A stretch of DNA of 63,874 nt from Octopus bimaculoides. Taxonomy: Eukaryota. Shown here piece after piece: positions 51,614-63,874 of this stretch (positions are counted from its first letter, which is position 1; each line of letters starts with the position of its first letter). The position numbers and the translations under genes were made by a program. Location of the stretch: the NCBI RefSeq assembly GCF_001194135.2, contig NC_068981.1, forward strand, positions 29,626,279 to 29,690,152. The letters are read 5' to 3'. The notes below the pieces were generated by a model. The model did not search any database. It was given only the letters and a program-made list of their open reading frames with translations, and was not told the origin of the DNA.

Positions 51614-53674
51614 CAGCAGCAGCAGCAGCAGAATCACCATAACAACCATCACCACTGTTTTCGAACTACAATGCATACATACGTACACACACATGTATGT
51701 ATGTATGTATGTATGCATGCATGTATGTATGTATGTATGTGTGTATTTATGTATGTGTGTATGTGTGTAAGTATGTATGTACCGGAGATGACCAGTCTTT
51801 TCAGATGTTGGCTACGACACAATATAGAATGGCTAAAAACCGATTAGTGTTCATCTATCATCCAGTGATGGTGGGGAAGGAGGCGACGTGGTTACGATGG
51901 AGAAGTGATAAATAGTGAAGAAGAAGTAGCAAATTGTAGGGAGAAAAAGAAGGAAACATCTCTTTCGAGATAGGAAGGTTTAGCAGTGAAAGGAAAGCAG
52001 AAAGGAAAGCCAGAGAGAAATGATCGATAGATTCCATTCAAAGACAGAGATAAATAGATGAAGTCGGGATGTTGGGTATGATGAATAGATAGATATAGAT
52101 ATAGATATAAATATGTATGAAGATATATATAAAGATAAACATGAATATATAGATTAATAAACAGATCGATAGATAAATATTTGTGCATGTATATATGTAT
52201 ATTATATATCACATATATTTTTATATATGTTTGTATACGTGTATATATATATGTATATAAATGTGTGTATGTTACATATACATGTATATACGTGCATATG
52301 CACGCTCACACATAGACACGCATAAACACACACATACACATATAGATAGATAGATAGTCAAATAGATGAGTAGATAACTAGCAAGATAGACATATAATTA
52401 GATAGAAATATAGAAATATATACGTAGAGCTCTAGATACAGTTACTGATATGTGTTTGCATGTTTTACCATTTCATTTTACTTTTAATCACTTTTTTTTT
52501 TCCTCCAACTTAGATTTTAATTTGTAATTCATACATTTTGCATAATGTTCATTCTGAATTATACATCAAATCAAGATGGGATATCTTGCTATGTTAGATA
52601 TTAGTGAAAATTTGCATAAGTGCGTGAGTTAGTTTTGTATGAACCATTTGATGAAACGACATGAGGAAAGGGTTGATGCAGAATATACGACAGTAAAACT
52701 GAATGGTAGCGAACCTCTCGAAATTCCCAACGGGTAATTGATCCATAATTCAGTTCTCACTTTTGGATTAGCTGGTGTTCCCTCCTACAATGAGTTATTT
52801 AGAAATATATTTCATCTTATATCACCCATACAATAATTGTAACGCATAAACTAGCTGAGGTACCCGGCGTTACTCGAGAGCAACACGTGTAGAAACATTT
52901 TATCTTAAGCATAAGCGATTTAGCTTGCAACAAGTCTTTTCTTTGTTATGAAGCCCTTTTTGTATGTAATTATATTTGCATCTAGTTTCTAGTATAATGC
53001 AGCTGTATATGTAAAGAAGTTTTCTTGGTTTCTATAATGTATGATGTATATCACACTATGTCCTTTCACATAATGATATCGCAATAGAAATCTGTTTAAT
53101 TTAAGGAAACCATTGCCAAAATTGGATAGAGTAAAAGCGAAAAATATTCCTCATGAATAAGATGTCACCATTGTTTTATCTGGAACGAAGACCAATCTAT
53201 TGTGATTAATACACTGTTTCAGTTTTTGTATGCCATAGCATTTAGCCTAAAGAATCGCCCGACTGGGAACTCAGCTGTCATCTTTGCCACCCATGCGCTA
53301 AACATTATTTTCACTCAAGATCAGTAGTTGTTGTTCATAGTAGAGATAAAATCTAGTTATGTGTTGTTTGTTTTTTACTGTTTTTCACTCTTGTGCTTGT
53401 GCTTGATACAGTTTTTCAGCTGCCATGCTGTTCTGATAATTTTCCCAAAAGGACTGGCTAACTCCCTCTGCGCATATCAAAATTATCATGTAACAAATTT
53501 TAAGCGCTAAGTTTGTCGAGAGAGCTGCTGTGGAATTTGCTGGCTACTTGCCTAAAATCCACTAATCAGCTTGGTTCAGATTATATGTATTGTTAATGGA
53601 TAAAATCTTTTAAGTAGGATATTTTCTTTCTGATAGTTTCCGTGATACAATGTTGGGAGATATACAGTTATAAA

Positions 53675-54121
53675 TGTAGTCGTTAATAAAAATGTGCAAC
53701 TTAAGAATAGTGCAACCGTTATATTTATTACAAATTATATGGTACACCAAGAAGGACCGTTAAGATATAACCAGCTTACTGTTGGGCTAGTTGGCTAACG
53801 GACTGTTATGTCTCAAGCTACTGCTATCCAGCACCTTCGGATGATCTCTACTCAACCGCTACACAACTGCTACTCGACTGCTACCTAACTCACCTACTAC
53901 GGCCAGACAACCTCTATTTATATGTCATGGGAGATCCTACTTCTTCGCCTGGGGGCGTCGACACAAAATGGACAAACATAGATGCTGTGTATAGGTCTAT
54001 TTCCAGAGGAGTATATTTTCAAGGAAGACACATCTACACATATAAACGCCTGACGCGTTGCTCTAGTTGTCTTACCGTTAAAGTGTTGTTGTTGTAATTA
54101 CGAGCCTTCTTTGGGGTTACA
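53675..54121 (-). mobile_element. Probable solo LTR, 447 bp
   Basis: TGTA...TACA termini. On the minus strand TATAAATAGAGG is followed downstream by AATAAA. No TSD is visible. Confidence 0.45.
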
Positions 54122-54919
54122 TTATTATCATTATGGCTTAGATATGTATGTGTGTGAGTGTGTGTGTATGTGTGGAGGAGTGTAAAAAAAGATTTTCTAG
54201 AAATATAATTTTATATGTAAAATCGTTTGAGACTAAATCGCAAATAAATATCTGATGAAAGGAAATGCTTTGTGTAAACGCTTTTCGCTTTACTCAGCTT
54301 TTCAAACATACGTTTTGCATGATATTCCGTATAGAAGCAATTACTTATATAGGGATTACATATGTGTTTGAAAAGCGTTTGCACAAAATATTACCTTCCA
54401 TCAGGTCAATGTTTATCTGCCTTTTACTTTTTCAGATTTGTTTATTATCTTTTCTACTATAAGCACAAAGCCAGAAATTTTGGGTATTCGATTTTATTGA
54501 CCCTAGTTCTTCACTGCTACTTATTTTATCGCACCCACTTCCACAAAGAATAAAACACAAATTCGACCGCGACGGAATTTAAACTCAGAATGGTCCTCAG
54601 CACTTTGTTCGGTCGCCGTGCAAACGATTCTTTTATTTATAATCAATAGCTTTTCATTTAAGAAAATCATTTCCACAAATANNNNNNNNNNNNNNNNNNN
54701 NNNNNNNNNNNNNNNNNNNNNNNNNNNNNNNNNNNNNNNNNNNNNNNNNNNNNNNNNNNNNNNNNNNNNNNNNNNNNNNNNNNNNNNNNNNNNNNNNNNN
54801 NNNNNNNNNNNNNNNNNNNNNNNNNNNNNNNNNNNNNNNNNNNNNNNNNNNNNNNNNNNNNNNNNNNNNNNNNNNNNNNNNNNGTGTGTGTGTGTGTGGA
54901 TGTAGATGTGTGTACCACC

Positions 54920-55245
54920 CTGAAGAACTTTTAGTTGAACCAATTAACCTCGGGATTTTTTAAAGCTTGGTACTTATTCTATCGATCCTTTTGTCGAACC
55001 GCTATATTACTGATGCGTAAATATATTAAGATCGGTTATCAAGCGATGGTGGTGGTGGTGGACAAACACAGACTCAGAAACACGCACACACACACACATG
55101 CAACAGGCTTCTTTCAGTTTTTGACTACGAAATCCATTCAGAAGATATTTGCCCAAGGTGCCTTGGCCCCTTGGGCAAGTGGGACTGAACCTGGAATTAG
55201 GTAGTTGAAAAGCAAACTTCTTACCACGCCACCACGCCTGCGCCT
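54920..55245 (-). mobile_element. Old SINE family A copy
   Basis: CTTGGTACTTATTCTATCG..., internal (CA)n, GGGACTGAACCTGGAA. Confidence 0.75.
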
Positions 55246-56170
55246 ATGTATGTATGTATGTATGTATGTATGTATGCATTTCTGTGTGTGTGTATTCCTA
55301 TTTCTAATCGAAGTATATTATCAGAACTTAATCTATAGATCCCTTTGTGATCCAGCCAAAATTCGTTCAATAATTCCCGAATTTTCCTTGCTACCAGTCT
55401 TCTTAAATTCATTTCAAATTACAACTGCAACGTCCGATAACAACACCAGGAGCAGTAATGTGCTTTCTTCTCCTTGTCTTTTGGTCTAGTGATATGCCTT
55501 ATGCTCGCTGCCATATCCATCTATCTCTCATACAGTTGAAATTTACAGAAAAACAAAAAACGAAGACTGGTTTATAAAAAACAAGCAGGTGTAATAGTTT
55601 GACGATCGGGAAAGTGAAAAGGTCTTTTACGTTTCGAGTCTACGCTCTTCAGTAGAAAGGAATAAGAGAAAATAGACAGAGAATTAAAAAAAAAGGTGGA
55701 TTTAGCGATCAAGCATATACTTCCTTTCCTTTTCTTAAAGCTCTTTCTATTCGTTAGTTACTGAAAATAAACACTAGCAGACTTGTACTCAGGAGCATAG
55801 ATTCAGATACCAACATTCATTTAAATAAACGTACATTTAGTATGGAAATATATTATATGTTTCTTCAAGTATCACCCAATCCATTTATTACATGTCATAT
55901 TAAGAGAAGAGAGGATTAACAACATGCGTGAGAGATATGCAGAGGGTGTGAGTGAGTGTATGATAGATGTACTGAGAGAGGTGCAGAAAGCCTAAAAATA
56001 CAGAGACAGATAGCTGGATAGCCAAATTATATATTTTCATTACTAATAAACAAAAGCATTCTCTTCAGGACTCAGATTTCGAAAATCACATCCATTTTTC
56101 TCTAAACTGTACCGTTTTCAAGCCTTTCGGTAACAAACACATATATATACACACATATAATCTCATTTAT

Positions 56171-57135
56171 ATCATAGAAGATACAAAGAGAGGGACGGAC
56201 AGATAGACAGATAGACAAACAGACAGACAGGCAGACAGACAGACAGACAGGCAGGCAGACAGACAGGCAGGCAGACAGACAGGCAGGCAGACAGACAGGC
56301 AGGCAGACAGACAGACAGACAGATAGATAGTATGTTAGATTGTATTNNNNNNNNNNNNNNNNNNNNNNNNNNNNNNNNNNNNNNNNNNNNNNNNNNNNNN
56401 NNNNNNNNNNNNNNNNNNNNNNNNNNNNNNNNNNNNNNNNNNNNNNNNNNNNNNNNNNNNNNNNNNNNNNNNNNNNNNNNNNNNNNNNNNNNNNNNNNNN
56501 NNNNNNNNNNNNNNNNNNNNNNNNNNNNNNNNNNNNNNNNNNNNNNNNNNNNNNNNNNNNNNNNNNNNNNNNNNNNNNNNNNNNNNNNNNNNNNNNNNNN
56601 NNNNNNNNNNNNNNNNNNNNNNNNNNNNNNNNNNNNNNNNNNNNNNNNNNNNNNNNNNNNNNNNNNNNNNNNNNNNNNNNNNNNNNNNNNNNNNNNNNNN
56701 NNNNNNNNNNNNNNNNNNNNNNNNNNNNNNNNNNNNNNNNNNNNNNNNNNNNNNNNNNNNNNNNNNNNNNNNNNNNNNNNNNNNNNNNNNNNNNNNNNNN
56801 NNNNNNNNNNNNNNNNNNNNNNNNNNNNNNNNNNNNNNNNNNNNNNNNNNNNNNNNNNNNNNNNNNNNNNNNNNNNNNNNNNNNNNNNNNNNNNNNNNNN
56901 NNNNNNNNNNNNNNNNNNNNNNNNNNNNNNNNNNNNNNNNNNNNNNNNNNNNNNNNNNNNNNNNNNNNNNNNNNNNNNNNNNNNNNNNNNNNNNNNNNNN
57001 NNNNNNNNNNNNNNNNNNNNNNNNNNNNNNNNNNNNNNNNNNNNNNNNNNNNNNNNNNNNNNNNNNNNNNNNNNNNNNNNNNNNNNNCACACACACACAC
57101 ACACAAGCACACACACACACAAGCACACACACACA

Positions 57136-57182
<47 letters not shown>

Positions 57183-58665
57183 TTACAATAGGCTTCTTTC
57201 AGTTTCCGTCTACCAAATCCACACACAATGCTTTGGTTGGCCCGAGTCTATGTTAGAAGACACTCGCCCAAGGTACCAAGCAGTGGCCGAGAAGCTAACT
57301 TCTTGTCATACAGCAACGCTTGCCCCTATGTACTGCAAAAATAAAAAAATTTTAAAAAAATTAAATAAAAAACGCACAAAAGACCTCTATATCTTCTTAC
57401 CAAATGTAGTAATACCATTACGAATGTACTTACCTGGTATTTGGTTCTGCTAGAAATTGTAACCAACCACATTGTGCCCTCTTGAAAATGGAGGTAAAGG
57501 GATATTAGGGGAATATTGTCCTAAATATACTTTGTCCGAACAAAAAGAAAAAAAACAGGATGGTCACGGCTAGTCGATCCTTTAACATAACTCTTCGATC
57601 AGGATTAACATACAAGAGCCTCAGTTATTAATAATATTTCAATAAACCAGACCCTATCAAAACGGTTTTCACCCAGATGTTAGCGAGAGAAATTATTTTA
57701 CAAGTTCACCTTAGCATACAAGAGAAACATAATTTCATATCACGACCGATTTAAATAGTTATTACACTAAACAGAAGCGAAAATTCACAACACCACATAC
57801 CTATAAAATAATAATCTTTTCTACTCTATGCACAAGGCCCGAAATTTTGGAGGAGGGACCAGTCGATTAGATTTACCTTCAGTACGCAACTGGTACTTAA
57901 TTTATCGACACCGAGAGGATGAAAGGCAAAGTCGACCGCGGCAGAATTTGAACTCAGAACGTAAAGACAGACGAAATATTGCTAAGCATTTCGCCCGGCG
58001 TGCTAACGTTTCTGCCAGCTCGTCGCCTTCCTATAGAATAATAACGCCAATGCCAGAGTAACCAAACAGAATTCACTTATGAAAACGGGCAAAGTATCAA
58101 AATTGAGAATAATCTCATTTATTAGTTATCGATGAAATACAAAACAAAGTTCATTAATGCAATGCAAATTTAACTCATAAATAAATATAGTTACTATTGC
58201 CAAAAATTAGTAGTCTAATAGGAAGAAGAAAAAAAAGTCATTCGAAGGAGTATAATATAATGGTTTGTAAATTAAGCACAAGGTCAGAAATTCTAAAGAG
58301 GAGATTTTAATTGATGTCACCGACCCCAGTACCTGAGGGGTACATTAAGTTATCGAACCCGAAAGTATGAAAAGAGTAGCTGAATTCGGTAGAATTCGAA
58401 ATCAGAAAGTAAAGGATCGGAATACAAATATATTTTTATTTCGACTCTTTACTGACACAGCCAGCTCTCCGCCCTGCGAAGCAACAATACAATCTAACAT
58501 ACTATCTATCTGTCTGTCTGTCTGTCTGCCTGCCTGTCTGTCTGCCTGCCTGTCTGTCTGCCTGCCTGTCTGTCTGCCTGCCTGTCTGTCTGTCTGTCTG
58601 TCTGCCTGTCTGTCTGTTTGTCTATCTGTCTATCTGTCCGTCCCTCTCTTTGTATCTTCTATGAT
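56171..58665. repeat. Inverted duplication: 56171-56346 versus 58486-58665
   Basis: Unique flanks and the compound AGAC/AGGC array are reverse complements, differing by one 4-nt unit. The left copy ends at an N gap. Confidence 0.9.
57817..58029 (-). mobile_element. SINE family B, full-length, young-looking
   Basis: Close match to 50603-50811. Confidence 0.9.
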
Positions 58666-59473
58666 GGTAGTGGGACAGATCACAACGCTAGGGTATAAGA
58701 GGAATCAGAGGTGGCGACGAAGTTAACGCGATGACAACAGCACGCACGTTGGAGGCGCGCCTTCAAAAGCAACATACGATGCAATAACAACAACAACAAC
58801 AACAACAACAACAGCAACAACAACGACGACGACGACGACGGTGATGACAGCATGGATAGCAATAACCACGAAGATATGAGCAAATATAAACGATCGTAAA
58901 ACAGAAATAAACAATAATACAACAGCAACAACAACAATAACTTGAACAAAAAGAGGTACTAATACACAAATGCATTAACTATGTACAGGCTGCAGGTGCA
59001 TTTAACACGGCGTTTGCCTACACGTGCATCCAGACAAATGAGGGGTTATATAGTGAGAGTGACATAGAATCTTCGGTGTTGCCGCTGTACGAATAAAAAT
59101 CCCTGTGGCTAAAATCCGACCTAATTTATAATTCCCTCTCTTCAATTCGCTGGGAAACACGTTATCTTCTGTGATATATGTATGAATGAATGTTATATGA
59201 GTGTGTTAATATGTATTACATGAATGCGTATATATAAACGTATGCGTGTGTGTGTGTGTGTGTGTGTGTGTACACGTGTGTTTGTTTATACATATATACA
59301 CATACACATAGACTCACACACGCGTATATACTTGTATGTATATATGTGTGTGTGTGTGTGTGTGTGAGTGTGTGCGTGTGTCTGTGTGTGCTCCCGCGCG
59401 CGTCCGTGCGTGCGTGTGTAACATCAGCAACAATTGAAAATAAGAATTAAGGTTCAGCGTTCTTCAAATTGTA

Positions 59474-59527
<54 letters not shown>

Positions 59528-59539
59528 AATAATAATAAT

Positions 59540-59590
<51 letters not shown>

Positions 59591-60805
59591 TATTATTATT
59601 ATTATTATTTCTACTAAAGGTACAACGCTTGAAATTTGTGGTGAGGGGACTAATCGATTACATCGACCCATTGTTTTCCTGGTATGTAAATTATCGAGCC
59701 CGAAAGGATGTAAGGCAAAGTCGACCCGAGCGGAATTTGAACCCAGAACGTGTCGACAGAAGCAATACTCTTAAGTATTCCTTAGAGCCACCATAAAGCA
59801 CATCTTCATATACTGTCAGGGGAGATAACCTCGCCACAGCGAGTGAGGTCATTATATACTAGTCTAGTTTCACAGGGGCGACGGCAACGATGCCACTGCA
59901 GCTGATGATGATGATGGTGACGACGACAACGACGATGCGGATGCCACTGCAGCAGCTGATGTTCATGATCAGTATCATGATGATCTTGATGTTAATGATG
60001 ATGACGATGACGAAGACGATGTCGATGATGGTGAATGACGGTGTTGCTTAACCCCAGGAGGCTTGGTAGAGCAAGTCAGTGATCAAAAGCATTCCAACTA
60101 CGACCAAGGCCTCCAAGATTCTGTGTAGCAGTGATTATACTGTCCAATGTCACATTTTTTAAAGACGGTAGGGTGCGAGATCAAGAAGATTTGCCTACCA
60201 CTTGTATCTGGGTAGTTGAACGCATTAGCACATCTCTAATGTTCTGCGCATGGGTTTTTTTTTTCATGCACACTCCCGTATGTTTTCCTGGGTGTATCCA
60301 CTTCTGGTTCTCATTGTGTGGATACATATTGTGATAATGTACACCTGTGTTTAATATCTGCTCTGAATCTACATACGCTCAGAGAATATGCGAGTATGAG
60401 AGATTCAGAGTTTGTGTATGTATGAATGTATACTGTATTTGTAGAGTTAGAGTTTGTGTACCATTCCAGTTTCAAGGTTGTGTATGACTTTATCTCAGAG
60501 GTGTAATGTTTTTTACTGTGTCTTTTATCTGTTAGCGTTCACGTTCGTGTGTGCGTACTGGTTTGTTTATATCACTGTTTGGTTTATAAACAATCTCTTC
60601 GGCTTCCATAAAAATAGCTCAATGTATCTATGGAACTCTACGACTTTTTACGTCATCAAAGCGCAACTTGTAACAGTTTTCGCTTAGAAATAGATATATG
60701 TTAAGCATTTCACATGTATTTACTCTTTTTGTATAAAAGATAGAGAGCTAATGTCTGTGTGCGTCTGCGTGTATGTGTAAGTGTGTGTGTCAGTGTGGGT
60801 GTGCG

Positions 60806-60843
<38 letters not shown>

Positions 60844-61169
60844 CTAGCTCGCTTGTAATGAGACTCATTTTGGACTCTGCTGCAATGACGAAAATGAATA
60901 CCATATGATTGAATGCGTTCAAGCATATTTAAGACGATAGGCCGTAGTTTAAAGAAATGTTGTTGTTGCTATTTCTGGCTCAACCCACCATTAAGAAGTG
61001 GCTCACATATCAATAGTTGTGTACTATATCCTAAAGATGTTCGAATTTCCTCTCTCCACTATTTAAAACTTAATATAAATTTTTGAATTTTCCCTAAATA
61101 AACCTCAGAATAGACATAACTCTGGTGTCTGCAGACTCAGAATATACAAGACTCTGGCGTCTTCAAGCC

Positions 61170-61575
61170 TTCTGTATGAATGTGGGATCTTACAGCTGAC
61201 ATGGAGCGATAGACCCAAGCATTTGAACACAAGTACTTTAGAAGGCTGCTGTGCATCCTGTACACAAAACGAACGGTTTTGTCAGGCAGCAGACAGGAAC
61301 GGTTTTGTGAGGCAGCAGACAGGTAAGAAAGGCAAAAGCTTGTCTGATGCGGTCACATATCTTGCCTAAACTCCCTACATAAAAACATCTTTCATGGCAA
61401 AATTGATGGAGGGGAAAAGAGAGACAGAGAGAAAATCCTGGTCTGACATCAGGTAGTGGACATGTTACAAGACCACAACCTAGCTATGCATGACAGAGGA
61501 CAGAGTAACAGAGAACAGAAACCAATGAGGACGACTGACTGAAAAAGCGTCTGGAGTTGCACACCAGTTAAGTTG
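61170..61575 (+). pseudogene. RTE-clade LINE, 3' fragment
   Basis: WDLTADMER*TQAFEHKYFRRLLCILY...KLV*CGHI...KNIFHGKIDGG...KSWSD resembles the RTE/BovB C-terminal region. It has an internal 26-bp tandem duplication at about 61272-61323. Confidence 0.8.
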
Positions 61576-61906
61576 CAGCTGTTAAGGAAACATACTTACG
61601 TATGTAACTCCCGATGGGACCGTTACGAGTGCAGCCACTCTAGGTCAGAGTAGACCTGGGAACAACACTGGCTGAGTGATTTCACCCTCCCCAAAATCCT
61701 GGTCATGTTAACCACTATCAAGCCATTGGCTTTATAGTTGGTTGCACTGAAAAGAAGGCTTACTCAAAACAAAACGAAGCGCAGGAACTTCTTGGTCGCT
61801 CGCAGCGTTTGCATGGTCTTAGTGAGTTTAGGAAGTGGTCTCACTCTATCACTAGTTGACTTCCGTCATGGAAGTATACATATAAATGTATGTGTTTGTA
61901 TGCTTG

Positions 61907-61938
<32 letters not shown>

Positions 61939-62599
61939 AACTCATACACACACATACACCTCCCTTTTTATAAAGTTTAATTTACATATATATGTATATA
62001 TGTATATATATATTTATATTTATATATATAAATATACACACAAATACTCACACACACACACCTCCTTTCTCATAAAGTTTAATTTACATAAATGCGCGCG
62101 CGGGCGCGTGTGCATATAGAGACTGCTAAATATTTCCATTCCATATCTATCATATAAACAATAAATAATTACATCTCAACCATTGTCCATAACCATCGAA
62201 AAGCTTTGCCGCCTTTATTTATTCTAAGTTTGATAAATTATAATTTAACAATATGCAAAGAGATTACAATTGCAACAAACTGATATAAGATGCCGGCAAA
62301 GACCATGAATAGGTTTCGCAGCTTAGAAGGAGGAGGAGCAGAGTTCAGGAAATAATATGAATGGTAAACCTTATAATGATGAGGAATGTCTTCAATAGAG
62401 ACCGTCAAAAGTTTTCTCACTCCATACTGTTATTAACATTCTGATACATTTATCATTACTTGTTTCTGTCATTAGAGTTTTAACTATTTTGCGGCACCCC
62501 ATCGAACGGTTTAGTTTAATAATTCTTTTTAAGTCTGCTACTTTTTTCTATCGAAATCATTTACCAGACCTCAAGGTTAAAGCGGCATATACAAACCAG

Positions 62600-62830
62600 C
62601 GTTGGTTGTCAAGTGATGGTGGAGGACAACCATAGACTAATAGTCAAACACACACACGCATATATATACATACGACGGGCTTCGACAACGTATTCTTCAA
62701 CCAAATTTACTCGTAAGGTATTGGTCGGTCTGGAGCTATATAATAAAAGACAATTGCCCGAGGTGAGGCATAGCTGAACTGGACCTGAAACCATGTGGTT
62801 ACCAAGAGAGCTGCTTAAACACACAACAAA
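62600..62830 (-). mobile_element. Old SINE family A fragment
   Basis: CGTTGGTTGTCAAGTGAT...TACGACGGGCTTC...GAAACCATGTGGTT. Confidence 0.7.
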
Positions 62831-62942
62831 CAGCTGCTGTCACAAGCGATTGAACGCGGGATTTGCACAGTGACAGAGTGAAACAAATTGTCTGCTACTG
62901 AGATACATCCCAAAATATTTAAAATTCAATACGATCAAATTT

Positions 62943-63147
62943 TGGCACAAAGCCGGCAATTTCGAGAAGTAGGCTGATTGAAACGATTACATCGATCCCA
63001 GTGCTGAGCTTGTACTTACTTTAATCGACTCTGGGAGCATAAAAGTATAGTCGACCTCAGTGAAATTTGAACTCAGAACGTAATGACGGACGAAATGCCG
63101 CTAAGCATTTTCCCGCCGTGTTGATAACTCTGCCAGCTCGCCGCCAT
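62943..63147 (-). mobile_element. SINE family B
   Basis: GAAATTTGAACTCAGAACGT...TGCCAGCTCGCCGCC. Confidence 0.8.
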
Positions 63148-63874
63148 TAACTTCACCAATTTTATTAATGACGCCAACATGGTATAAATGGCTATCGGTC
63201 AACCTGTTAGAAATAATGGCTAATGTTCCATACCAGTGAATAATGGGGCACGTTGAGTAATATATTCCATGATGCACATTGCTAACTGACAAATAGTGAA
63301 ATGATCATAAGAATGCGATTATTCCAAAGTAACCTAGAGAGATTATTACTCTTTTAATCTATCTATCCTTCTGATCTGCGAGAATGTAATCCGGTCTTTA
63401 CTTCGCTGGTTTGCTAGTTTGCATAATGAGTTACGAAAGATGTCTATAGTGGACCCAGTTACATAACTGATATTCATCAGACTGAAACTGATATTCATCA
63501 CACTGCAGTAGGTAAAGCCAAAACCAAAGACATCATCATCATCATCATCATTGTCATCATCATTGTAGGCATTTTGATCATCATCAACGTAGTTGTCGTC
63601 ATCATCATTATCATCATCATCATCATCATCACCAGCACCACCACCACCAACAACACTACCACCATTATCACACCACCATCGCCACATTTGTTTTAATTGT
63701 CATTAACTCGAATCGCTAATGATATTGTCGTTACCCAGCAGCATTACTATCGTTATGAAAATCAACACCATTAACAACTACAAAAACGAGAACAACAACT
63801 ACAACAACAACAGCGATGATAATAATAATAAGAAGAAGAAGAAGATGAAAAATAACAACAACAACAGCAATAAT

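Noticed and set aside
54251-54290. CTGATGA followed by a short stem
   Set aside because: There is no GAAA after the stem and no stem I.
59876-60037. Asp-rich frame GDGNDATAADDDD...DDGE* after an AG, superficially like acidic biomineralisation proteins
   Set aside because: It is best explained as a degenerate (GAT)n microsatellite. A similar tract occurs on the opposite strand at 63530-63650.
61170-61575. RTE relic as the direct donor of the family C tail
   Set aside because: I see no clear sequence match between the relic's 3' end and the SINE tail, so only the clade-level inference is kept.

Overview
This is AT-rich, microsatellite-dense eukaryotic DNA from a gapped draft assembly, with about 5.4 kb of N in 12 large and 3 small gaps. 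The repeat vocabulary points to a coleoid cephalopod, most likely Octopus (inference, not a database match). I could not identify any host protein-coding gene, rRNA, intact tRNA or CRISPR array, and nearly all ORFs in the track are microsatellite or N-run artefacts. The window is a transposon graveyard. It holds four families of tRNA-headed SINEs (my labels A, B, C, E), a Penelope-like element (PLE) relic with RT and GIY-YIG motifs, and a second older PLE relic. It also holds two mariner transposase fragments, two TA-flanked TIR MITEs, an RTE-LINE 3' fragment and a probable solo LTR. The most unusual signals are: (1) a tRNA-headed non-autonomous element carrying a degenerate PLE-type minimal hammerhead ribozyme motif; (2) a second hammerhead-like motif upstream of the older PLE relic; (3) a SINE flanked by a 121-bp direct repeat, while a sister copy has an 11-bp TSD; (4) two long near-perfect hairpins; (5) two unrelated-looking arrays with a 16-bp period.
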